This document shows, in pieces, positions 9,262 to 17,954 of a DNA stretch of 64,000 bases. This DNA is from a bacterium (lineage in GTDB: Bacteria > UBA8248 > JACPRG01 > G963555815). The DNA is taken from the NCBI GenBank assembly GCA_965218795.1, contig OZ244653.1, positions 3,328,001 through 3,392,000 on the forward strand, in the 5' to 3' direction. Below the pieces are notes generated by a model. The model had not been told where the DNA came from. It ran no database searches and saw only the letters and a list, made by a program, of their open reading frames with translations. A program made the translations under genes and the position numbers. Every line of letters begins with the position of its first letter. Within the stretch, counting starts at the first letter, position 1.

Positions 9262-10200
9262 TCAATGTATCGTCACCAACAGACTTCCGATCACGGTCAT
9301 CAACCCTCCCACGACGACCTGTGCCGTCACCCGCTCCAGTTGACGGAGGAACAGCACCGTTAGCAACAGGACGAGCAGGGGGGAGGTCTGGTACAGCGTC
9401 GTCACGATGGATACCTGACCCAGCTGGATGGCGAGAAACAGTGAGTATATGGCCGTTGCAGCCGTCGAGCCGGCCAGGATCAGCCAGGGCCACGCGGGTC
9501 TCCGGATGCGAAACCGTTCCCCCGCCGGGAACATCAGAGCCAGGAATGGGTAAATGAGAACAGAGAGAGATGACCCAATCCAGGCGCCCAGGAGAGGAGA
9601 CGGCAAGGCCGTCAGTCCGAACTTGAACAGGATCGAGGAGATACCCGTCGATACCCCGGCCAGGATCGGAAACAGATACCCCAGTCTCCGGTATCTCTTT
9701 CCTTTCTCCGTTGAATCCGCGCCGGATGCCACCGGGTTCGGCGCGCCGGGATCTTCCCCCCGCGAATTTTTTCGAAGCCCTTCGGTCGCCATGACAAGGA
9801 GGCCCGCGACGGCCAGCGCAACCCCCAGGTATTGAAGGGCGGACAGCTTCTCTCCCAAGAAAATGAAAGCGAAGATGACCGTGACAATCGGCGAGCAGCT
9901 CTTGAGCGGGGCGGAGCGGGCCACGCCGATTCTGTGGATTCCGAGCATGTAGAAAAACAAGAAAAGAACCGGGTTCAGTACCCCTGCCGCGATGAGCCAG
10001 GGCAAGGCGGAACTGGACAGGTTCGTGAAGGTCCCCAAGGAAAAACAGATGACCGTGAAGATGCACCATTGCGTTCCGGCCGTTACGATGGTGGCCATTG
10101 TCGGGGATGTATGCTGAAGCGCCTTCTTCAAAACGACGTCGGCGATGGCAAAAAAGAGGGACGCCGAAAGCGCCGCCAGAATCGCATGGAGAGGAGTCAT
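9262..10200 (-). CDS. DMT/EamA family transporter
   Basis: Paralog of neighbours; GIHRIGVARSAPL..FIFLGE. Confidence 0.9.
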   Translation of the reverse strand: MTPLHAILAALSASLFFAIADVVLKKALQHTSPTMATIVTAGTQWCIFTVICFSLGTFTNLSSSALPWLIAAGVLNPVLFLFFYMLGIHRIGVARSAPLKSCSPIVTVIFAFIFLGEKLSALQYLGVALAVAGLLVMATEGLRKNSRGEDPGAPNPVASGADSTEKGKRYRRLGYLFPILAGVSTGISSILFKFGLTALPSPLLGAWIGSSLSVLIYPFLALMFPAGERFRIRRPAWPWLILAGSTAATAIYSLFLAIQLGQVSIVTTLYQTSPLLVLLLTVLFLRQLERVTAQVVVGGLMTVIGSLLVTIH

Positions 10201-10384
10201 CTCGATCTCATCAGAAAAAACGAACGGACGCCAAACCCTGTCTGCAGATCACGGCGTCGCCCTAAATGATACGTGATTCCCCTGATGGGCCTGAGACGGG
10301 CCGGGAGACGATCCGATAAAAAATTCACGATTCGGATCTTTCAAAATTCCTGATCGGGTCATCCGTTCGGAACATCGCGAGGAC

Positions 10385-11287
10385 TCATGCCACGCTCACC
10401 AGAACGCCGCCCAAGACCGTCAGCGCCGCGCCCGCCACGACCTTCCACGTCACTCGCTCGATATGCCGGAGAAACAGAACCGAGATGATCAGGACAAAAA
10501 GCGGCGAAGCCATGATCAGCGTGAAAACGATGGACACCCGCTCCAGGCTGATCGAATATAGCAATCCATAGAATGCCGCCGCATTGATCACCCCGCCGAT
10601 CAACATCCAGGGAACCGCTGCCCGGCTCATCTGAAACCGGTCTCCCGAGGGAAACAAGAACCCAGCCAGCGGGATAAGAAAAAGCGCCTCGGTGATACAG
10701 ATCCACGAGCCCAGCAAGGGGGAGGGCATCCGGATCAAGCTGACTTTGAACAAGACCGAAGCGACGCCGATCGCGGCCCCGGACAGAAGAGCGAAAACAA
10801 ACCCGACGGCCGGCAGCTTCCTGTCACCCAAACGAGCCTCGCGGGGTTCTCCGCCCTCTTTCATAAGCCCTTCGGCGGATATCGTTATCGCGCCGGCAAC
10901 CACCATACCGATTGCCGTGTACTGCACCGGAGTCAGCCGCTCGTCCAGCGCGGCGGCGGCGACAATGACCGAGAGAATCGGAGCGACCCCTTTCAGTGGC
11001 GAGGATCGCGAGACGCCGATCAGCCGAGCCGCGAGCAGATAGAAAACAAGATACAGAAACGGATTGAGAAAACCCGTCAGGAGAAACCAACCGACCCCGG
11101 ACCATGAAAAATCCGAGAACCCCTCCGTGACCAACAGAAGACTCGTATACAAGACCCACTGGAGGGCCACAACGAAAAAGCTGACGGCAAGGGGCGTTGC
11201 GGACCGCACGGCGAGCCGCATCACAACCTCGCCCACGGCGGTCAGCAGGGCGGTCAGGACGGCGGCCAGCGCCGCAATCAGAAGCAT
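10385..11287 (-). CDS. DMT/EamA family transporter
   Basis: Third paralog; IGVSRSSPL..ALDE; probable start MLLIAAL. Confidence 0.9.
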   Translation of the reverse strand: MLLIAALAAVLTALLTAVGEVVMRLAVRSATPLAVSFFVVALQWVLYTSLLLVTEGFSDFSWSGVGWFLLTGFLNPFLYLVFYLLAARLIGVSRSSPLKGVAPILSVIVAAAALDERLTPVQYTAIGMVVAGAITISAEGLMKEGGEPREARLGDRKLPAVGFVFALLSGAAIGVASVLFKVSLIRMPSPLLGSWICITEALFLIPLAGFLFPSGDRFQMSRAAVPWMLIGGVINAAAFYGLLYSISLERVSIVFTLIMASPLFVLIISVLFLRHIERVTWKVVAGAALTVLGGVLVSVA

Positions 11288-11371
11288 ACAGTTTCCAAAC
11301 GGGGCCTGAGATAAGCTCTGGGCGGCACGCGATGGGAAAGCTTCCCACCTCTGCCGCATGAGCGTCGGGCG

Positions 11372-12373
11372 TCAGGAATTGTTGATTCCGAAGAGCTTTT
11401 TCGGAACGTCGTTCAGGATGGAACGCTTGTCCGCCTCGGTGAGCGCCTTGCAGTCGTTCACGACCGCCAGGCAATCACGCAGGTTGTGCTCGCCGAAGAA
11501 GGGGCTGTCGGTCCCGAAAACGATCTTCTCAACACCTGCAAATTGCGCCCCGTAGGCAAGGACCTCGGGATCGAAACCGATTGAGTCCAGGTAGAACATC
11601 CGGAAGTAATCCTCCGGGTCACCGGAGATACCGCTCCGCGCGCCTTCAAAACTCGCCGACCCCCGGGACAGCCGCCCCCAGAGGAAGGGCACCGTCCCGC
11701 CCAGATGCGAAAGGACGAGCTTCAGGTTCGGGTATCGCTCCAGGATCCCGCTGAAGACGATCCGCGCCGCGGCGATGGTGGTGTCTACGGTGAAACCGAG
11801 GAGGACGTCCAGACGATAGTCTCGCATCCGCTCGCGGCCCGCAGGGAGGATGGGATGGATATAGGCCGGCGCATCCAGCTCGCTCAAGGCGGCGAAGACG
11901 TCCTCGAACTGCTCGCCGTCCAGATCCTGACCGCGAACGTTCGAGCCCAGCAGACAGCCCCGCATGCCCAATTTCTTGACGGCGCGTTCCAACTCCTTCA
12001 CCGCGGACGACGGGTCTTGCAAGGGAAGGGCGGCCAGGGCGACGAATTGATCGGGATGGGTGTTCACGACGGCGGCCAGCTCGTCGTTGTAGACCCGGCA
12101 GATTTCGCGTCCCAGGTCCGGATCGGCCCAGAACACCATAGGCGGCGCGATGGAGAGAACCTGAAAATCGATGCCCGCGGCCTTCATATCGGCCAAGCGT
12201 ACGTCCACGTCGTAAAAACCAGGGAGGAACGTGAAGAATTCCCTTTCGTCGAAAAGAAGCACCCGATGACCCTGGTCATTCCGGCCGATCCGAACCGGGT
12301 ACTTGCTCCCCTGCGCCTCGATGAGGTCCAAATACGGCTCCGGATACAAATGCGCGTGCGTGTCGATAATCAT
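11372..12373 (-). CDS. amidohydrolase, ACMSD/aromatic decarboxylase-like
   Basis: MIIDTHAH, YIHP, LSHLGG, FGTDSPF. The longer N-terminus in the ORF track runs through repeat DNA. Confidence 0.88.
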   Translation of the reverse strand: MIIDTHAHLYPEPYLDLIEAQGSKYPVRIGRNDQGHRVLLFDEREFFTFLPGFYDVDVRLADMKAAGIDFQVLSIAPPMVFWADPDLGREICRVYNDELAAVVNTHPDQFVALAALPLQDPSSAVKELERAVKKLGMRGCLLGSNVRGQDLDGEQFEDVFAALSELDAPAYIHPILPAGRERMRDYRLDVLLGFTVDTTIAAARIVFSGILERYPNLKLVLSHLGGTVPFLWGRLSRGSASFEGARSGISGDPEDYFRMFYLDSIGFDPEVLAYGAQFAGVEKIVFGTDSPFFGEHNLRDCLAVVNDCKALTEADKRSILNDVPKKLFGINNS

Positions 12374-12439
12374 GAAAAGATCTCTGTGGCGCACTTCCAT
12401 GCGACAGCTTGATAAGCAGGCATGCAAGTGCATAAATTT

Positions 12440-12816
12440 GGGGGACATTTTGGGCACTGGCGTGCCGGCCATTTCGCGGATGAGGGTTTGTGCTCTGAAT
12501 CAGACCTTTGTGGCGCATTGCCTTGCGATGGCCTCATCGCCAGGCATGCGAGTGCTGAGAACTGACACAGTGTGTCTCCCTCCAACCCCTCCCTCAAAAA
12601 CTTTCATCTCGCGATGCCGTACTTCGTACGCCATCGCAACAGCCGGCCAAAAAAAGTCCCCGTTCCGCGCTGACAGACCGGCGAGGAGCGGACCCACCCG
12701 CACCGCGAGCAGGCCGAGCATCGCTCGGCCGTGAAAAGTTTTTCGGGGGCCAGGGGGCGGTTTTCCAAAAAAGCCCCCTGGAGAATAAGTCATACGAGAT
12801 TCTCTGAAGAAGATCA
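12440..12816. repeat. modular palindromic element, copy A
   Basis: 12441-12580 is the reverse complement of 17790-17928; 12662-12816 is a direct repeat of 17385-17540; inverted terminal units ...AAAAACTTTC / GAAAAGTTTTT.... Confidence 0.9.
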
Positions 12817-13944
12817 AACGAGCTGCTTATCTCGCGCCTTCAGCGCTTCTTCCTTCAGGTGGACGCCCAACCCCGGGCCATCGGGCAACAGAAGCTCGCC
12901 GTTCTCAATCGTCAATCCCTCGGCCACGTCTTCCCCGATGCGATAGAACCCGTTCATCTCACCCGGCAGCTTCAGGTGCGTGAGGGCGAAGGCGAGGTGC
13001 GCTTCGGCGGCATTTTGGATACAACCCGCGAATCCGTGGCCCACTGTCATAGGAACGCCCGCGGTCTGACAGATGGCCGCGATCTGCATGGCCGGATAGA
13101 AGCCGCCCACCTTCATGATCTTGAATTTGATCACGTCTGCGGCCTCCATACGGATGACGCGCAGCGCGTCATGGGCCGTCACCACGCTCTCGTCCGCCAC
13201 CAGGGGTGTATCGATCGCCCGGGCGATCCGCGCCATCCCCTCCAGCTCGTCATGTGAAAGCGGCTGCTCGACGGCCTGGAGGTCGAACTCCTCCAGCCGC
13301 TTGATGTAGGCGATGGCCGTATCCGGGCGGTGGCGGGCGAAGGAAAGGGATTGGCTGAAATCCAGATCGATGGTCATTGAATCGCCGACGGCTTTTCGGA
13401 CCGCCGTGAGGATTTTCACGTCCTTCTCAAGAGCCATCCCCGCGCGGAAATTGAGGGCTTTGTAGCCTTCCTCCCGGTATTGGACCGCCAGTGAGGACAA
13501 CACCTCCGGCTCCAGGTAGCCCAGGTGGGGAGCCGCCATCGTGATCGTTTTTCGCCGCGCTCCGCCGAGCAACGCGGCGACAGGCTGTCCCGCCGCCCTG
13601 CCCATAATGTCGTAACACGCGGTGTCGATGGCGGACTGCGCATAGCGATGGCCCAGAGCCACCTTATCCATTTCCTCGTGAATGAGACCGATTTCGAAGG
13701 GGTCCATTCCGACGACGGCGGGCGCGAGGAGCTCCCGGACCGTCAGAAGGATATGGTCGAGCGTCTGCTCGAATTTCTGGTAGCGCGGAGCGCTGATGGT
13801 CGCTTGGCCGATGCCGTCGATGCTCTCGTCGGTGTGGACAACGACCACGGCGAAAGAAGAGGCGTCCTTGTGCGTCAGGGCCGTGATATAGGGAATACGC
13901 ATGGGGACCGTGACGGGAAACGCCTCGACGTGGGTAATCTTCAT
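12814..13944 (-). CDS. mandelate racemase/muconate lactonizing enzyme (enolase superfamily)
   Basis: SAIDTACYDIMG..GQPV..LLGG; metal ligands D, EQP, DES; KIMKVGG. Confidence 0.9.
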   Translation of the reverse strand: MKITHVEAFPVTVPMRIPYITALTHKDASSFAVVVVHTDESIDGIGQATISAPRYQKFEQTLDHILLTVRELLAPAVVGMDPFEIGLIHEEMDKVALGHRYAQSAIDTACYDIMGRAAGQPVAALLGGARRKTITMAAPHLGYLEPEVLSSLAVQYREEGYKALNFRAGMALEKDVKILTAVRKAVGDSMTIDLDFSQSLSFARHRPDTAIAYIKRLEEFDLQAVEQPLSHDELEGMARIARAIDTPLVADESVVTAHDALRVIRMEAADVIKFKIMKVGGFYPAMQIAAICQTAGVPMTVGHGFAGCIQNAAEAHLAFALTHLKLPGEMNGFYRIGEDVAEGLTIENGELLLPDGPGLGVHLKEEALKARDKQLV

Positions 13945-14176
13945 TCCTGAATTCTCCGGGCTGACTCGGTGGTCCGCCGAGGATTCTCATGGATAGCGCG
14001 AATATCAGGTTTTACCACAAAAGATTTCGGAACCAGAACCGTCGGTTGAAGATGGACGACGATGAGCGGCTCAGGACCCGGCCGGGATCATGGTCCGGAA
14101 TCTCAGCCTTCACCGGAAATGCAGGATTTGATAGAATGAAGAAGTAACCAACACCATCGGGCAAGGAGAAGGCGGC

Positions 14177-14707
14177 ATGGGAACCCCTGAAAACGGGACC
14201 GAGGTTCAGCCGTTTGTCACGACCCTGGGACGAAAGAGCGGGAAACCGCACCCCGTTCAAATCCGCGCGTACTACTGGAGCGGCCGGCTCGTCGGCACCT
14301 CGCCGTTCCCGAAAACGAGGCGGGACTGGGTGTTGAACATCCTTGACCACCCGAACGTTACGATTCAAACCGAAACCCAGGTCGTTCACGCCACCGCCAA
14401 AGTGATGGATACCGAATCCGACAGCGAGATCAAGGAGAACGTATCCAAGCATCGGATCGGGTGGCGAAGCGTGGACTGCCCCGTGTTCGAGCCGCAGATT
14501 GACGCGTTCGTTGAATTCTTCCCGGACATCCCGGTGGAGGAGCTCTTCGATGAAGAGTCGGTTGTTCACTCGCCCGGCGAGGATCCTCTGCCTGCCTCGA
14601 CTCTTTCCGAGCTCATTCGCTGGCAGGCGGAGAACGGATGCTACCCCAAACAGATCCCGGAGGAAAAAACCCGGGTACCGGGCTCCCCCGTTCCCCCGGC
14701 CCGGTGA
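14177..14707 (+). CDS. deazaflavin(F420)-dependent nitroreductase/quinone reductase-like protein
   Basis: TTLGRKSGKP..DWVLNILDHPNVTI; AAGGAG RBS. Confidence 0.7.
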   Translation: MGTPENGTEVQPFVTTLGRKSGKPHPVQIRAYYWSGRLVGTSPFPKTRRDWVLNILDHPNVTIQTETQVVHATAKVMDTESDSEIKENVSKHRIGWRSVDCPVFEPQIDAFVEFFPDIPVEELFDEESVVHSPGEDPLPASTLSELIRWQAENGCYPKQIPEEKTRVPGSPVPPAR

Positions 14708-14769
14708 AACGCCACCAGCAGAGGGACAAACTCCGCTCCCGGCGAAGTCCGGCGTTGACCCTGCCCGCC

Positions 14770-15117
14770 GATTGCTGAAAGCCGCTCAATCCCGGCTTCA
14801 GCGCAGAAACGTTTCAGAAGCTCGCCCGGTCAGGTTGATCACATCCTGATCGTCGTACTGACGGGTGCGCGAGAGCCTGATGGCCTGCTCGTGAAAGATA
14901 CGTCGAAGTGAAACAAATACTTGCTCAGGATCAGAGGCTCCGCGGTCGATCCCGAGTCCCAACCAAAGGGGTCCAGCTTTTTGCCTTTCAGGTCATTCAA
15001 AGGCTTGCAGGGTTTCCCTTTTCAGGGAAAACGGCATCCGTCTTCACCGCAACAGCGGATGCCCGCTTCGCTGATTTTTCTGTATGCCGGGGGAGAGTGC
15101 CTGGGAGGGCTTGCCAT
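14770..15117 (-). pseudogene. eroded paralog of the 3189 SBP
   Basis: FP*KGKPCKPLNDLKGKKLDPFGWDSGSTA..ILSKYLFHFDV aligns by eye to YVRTDSPYNSPADLKGKKIVIAGWDTGSAQ..IMKRFWGLDL. In-frame TGA at 15022-15024, with further stops downstream. Confidence 0.6.
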
Positions 15118-15156
15118 CTGTTGCTCTGTTCCGTTTTGCTGAACGGTCTTTTTCAT

Positions 15157-16359
15157 TCACCACCAGCGGTGCTCGCAACGGCTGAGGACCTCATGGCCCG
15201 ACTCCGTGACAAGAACCGTGTCTTCCAAAGTAGCGCCGCCGAATTTCTCATCCAACAGGATGCTCTCGTAATTGATCGTCTCGCCCGGCCGAAGAACATA
15301 GTCCTTCTGGACGGGACGCGGCAGGTCCCGGAACTTCGTCGTACCGAGACCGTGTCCCTTGAGGTAGTACCTCCCCTGATACCCCATCTCGTTCGCTATC
15401 TTCAGCGCCTCGGTCTCGATCTCCCCAAGCGATCTTCCCGGGTGCGTAGCCTCGATGGCCGACAGCAGGCCCAGCCGCGCACACTCCAGGAAATTCAATT
15501 CGCCCCCATCGGCGGCGCCTCCGACCTTCATGACGCGCGCAAGGTCCGTTCCATACCCCTCGTACTCCGGCTCGATGTCGAGGAAGAGCAGGTCGCCCGG
15601 CTGAATCTTCCGGTCCGTCGGCGCGCAGTTCTTGAGCAGCGTCCGGGGGCCGGAAACCAAACAAACCGGAAATGGGCCGTATAAATTTTGCGAGCCCGCG
15701 CGGAACATGGCCGCCACCGCCTCCGCGGCGACTTCGTTCTCGCTTGCGCCGGGACGGGCCGCTTTCCGCGCCGCCTTCAGGCCCCCAACGCCGATATTCG
15801 ACACCTTCCGGATGACCTCGATTTCCGCCGGACTCTTGACGGCCTTCTCCGCCAGATAGTCATAGGTCGCATCGACAATCCGGTCTTCCGGGATGAAGGT
15901 CCGGACCCTCGTCGACAGCTCGTACGTCAAGGCGTCCTCGCCGACAAAGCCGATGCGTCCGGTGGGTGGAAGCGTCGAGACGGCGTCCCGGAGATGGCCC
16001 GGCAGCCCGTTCGGGTCGGCCGCGACCGGCCGCGCGGGCCGGTAATCCCTCACCCATGTCATCCATGCGCTGCTCTGCATGGGCTCCATGCGGAACAGGG
16101 AGTCCGTCCCCAGGACCGGCTCGCCTTCGCGGGGAATCAGGAAAAAGCTGTAGCCGACGTAGCTGTCGAAGTTGGCGATCCATCGAAGGTTGCCGCTCTG
16201 CCTGGGCGCGGCGAAAAGAAGCAAGGCCGACAGTTCCAACCGTTCCATCAAGGCCCGGAGGCGGTTCATCCGGTCCTCGTACTCGGCCATCTCGAAGGGC
16301 AGATCGAGCCACTTTTTCCGGGATTCCCAATCGGCGGGCAGGATGCCGGGAAGGCTCAA
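15157..16359 (-). CDS. M24 family Xaa-Pro peptidase/creatinase-like protein
   Basis: Creatinase-N domain, KSPAEI, ligands D, D(LAR), GHGLG, E, ED; TTG start with GAGG. Confidence 0.88.
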   Translation of the reverse strand: MSLPGILPADWESRKKWLDLPFEMAEYEDRMNRLRALMERLELSALLLFAAPRQSGNLRWIANFDSYVGYSFFLIPREGEPVLGTDSLFRMEPMQSSAWMTWVRDYRPARPVAADPNGLPGHLRDAVSTLPPTGRIGFVGEDALTYELSTRVRTFIPEDRIVDATYDYLAEKAVKSPAEIEVIRKVSNIGVGGLKAARKAARPGASENEVAAEAVAAMFRAGSQNLYGPFPVCLVSGPRTLLKNCAPTDRKIQPGDLLFLDIEPEYEGYGTDLARVMKVGGAADGGELNFLECARLGLLSAIEATHPGRSLGEIETEALKIANEMGYQGRYYLKGHGLGTTKFRDLPRPVQKDYVLRPGETINYESILLDEKFGGATLEDTVLVTESGHEVLSRCEHRWW

Positions 16360-16391
16360 GACAACCTCTTGATGAGCAATCGAGAAATACT

Positions 16392-16580
16392 CTTAGGGGG
16401 GCTTTTTTAAAAAACCGCCCCCCTAAGACCCCCTGAAAAACTTTCCTTTCGCCGCGCACGGGATTTGTTGTGCCAAACGCTAGGTCATCCAACGCGGCCA
16501 TAAATCCCGATTCATCCCATCTCCTAAAACAACTTGTGTTTTCCAATCGCGCGCGAGGCGTGCGATTGGAAAACCGGCTC
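16392..16580. repeat. modular palindromic element, partial copy D
   Basis: Terminal unit CTTAGGGGGGC..GCCCCCCTAAG..GAAAAACTTTC plus hairpin TTCCAATCGCGCGC..GCGTGCGATTGGAA, similar to 17640-17670. Confidence 0.75.
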
Positions 16581-16587
16581 CAACGAA

Positions 16588-17145
16588 TCAGCCCACTTGA
16601 TCATGCCGAAAGCAACCGACGACATGGTCGTTGACCATCCCCACGGCCTGCATGAAGGCGTAGCAGATGGTGGAGCCGACGAAGTTGAATCCCCGTAGCT
16701 TCAGATCCTTGCTCATGGTGTCGGATTCCTGGGTCGCGGCGGGAACGTCGGCGAGCCTGCGCCAAGCGTTCCTGATCGGATGCCCGTACACGAACCGCCA
16801 GACGTACTCGTCGAAACCGCCGAATTCCTCTTGAACCTCGAGAAATGCCCGTGCGTTTCGCACGGCCGAATCGATCTTCAGGCGATTGCGGACGATGCCC
16901 GGATCGGACAGCAGACGGGTGATCTTCCGCTTGTTGTAGCGGGCGATTTTGTTTGGGTCGAATCCATCGAACGCGACTCGATAGTTTTCCCGCTTCTTCA
17001 GAATCGTGTCCCAGCTCAGGCCCGCTTGGGCTCCCTCCAATAGCAAAAACTCGAACAAAACCCGGTCGTCGTGAACCGGAACACCCCACTCTTCATCATG
17101 ATATCGAATGGAGAGTTCGTTTCCAGCCCATTCGCAACGATTCAT
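16588..17145 (-). CDS. tag: DNA-3-methyladenine glycosylase I
   Basis: RCEWA..YHDEEWGVP, LEGAQAGLSW, IVRNRLKI, FVGSTICYAFMQAVGMVNDH..C. Confidence 0.97.
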   Translation of the reverse strand: MNRCEWAGNELSIRYHDEEWGVPVHDDRVLFEFLLLEGAQAGLSWDTILKKRENYRVAFDGFDPNKIARYNKRKITRLLSDPGIVRNRLKIDSAVRNARAFLEVQEEFGGFDEYVWRFVYGHPIRNAWRRLADVPAATQESDTMSKDLKLRGFNFVGSTICYAFMQAVGMVNDHVVGCFRHDQVG

Positions 17146-17239
17146 TGAAAACCTTCTTCATGCCAAGGACGATTCTTGTGCATTTGCTCGCCGGCCATTT
17201 TGCGGCTTCCTCAAGCCCGCTATTTCGTTCAATTGTTCT

Positions 17240-17570
17240 GGGGGCCTTTTTGAAAGCCGGCCCCCCAAACCCCCCGGAAAACTTTCATTTCGCGAGGGCG
17301 TGCGAAGCACGCCATCGCAACAGCTGACACCTTGGCCGGATGCCGGAGGCTTCCGCAGGAAGGCGGGCATCCGGACGAAGATATGTTCCGCGCTGACAGA
17401 CCGGCGATGAGCGGACCCACCCACACCGCGAGCAGGCCGAGCAGCGCTCGGCCGTGAAAAGTTTTTCGGGGGTCCAGGGGGCGGTTTTCCAAAAAAGCCC
17501 CCTGGAGAATAAGCCATACGAGGATCTCTGAAGAAAATCAGTGGCAACGTGCCACTGCGGTTTCGCCGCG
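17240..17570. repeat. modular palindromic element, copy B
   Basis: Inverted terminal units at 17240-17286 and 17456-17505; shared 71-bp core 17385-17455; nested palindrome 17336-17374; CAGTGGCAACGTGCCACTG hairpin also present at about 20412. Confidence 0.9.
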
Positions 17571-17639
17571 CACGGTAGCTTTGAGTCAAACTCCAAATCT
17601 TCCCGCGCGGCAATTGAACAAATTTCAACAACTCCAGTC

Positions 17640-17930
17640 TTCCAATGGCGTGCTTTGCACGCCATTGGAACAGCCGGCACCTTGCAAAGACATGTTCCAC
17701 GCTGACAAACCAGCGATGAGCGGACCCACCCACACCGCGATCAGGCCGAGCATCGCTCGGCCGTCGAAAGTTTTCGAGGGAAGTCTGAGGGGAGACACAC
17801 GGTGTCGGTTCTCAGCACTCGCATGCCTGGTGATGAGGCCATCGCAAGGCAATGCGCCACGAAGATCTGATTCAGAGACAAATCCTCATCCGCGAAACGG
17901 CCGGCACGCCAGTGCACAAAATGTCCCCTC
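17640..17930. repeat. modular palindromic element, copy C
   Basis: Third copy of the 71-bp core (17694-17764) and a right terminal unit carrying the 119-bp insert seen inverted in copy A. Confidence 0.9.
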
Positions 17931-17954
17931 AGCCCAAATGTCAGAGTTTCTAAC

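Noticed and set aside
15022-15024. In-frame TGA as selenocysteine
   Set aside because: It is not at a Cys-equivalent position, and further stops and deletions indicate a pseudogene.
12440-17930. Repeats considered as a CRISPR array
   Set aside because: Copies are dispersed, 70-150 bp and variably oriented, with no regular repeat-spacer period and no cas genes.
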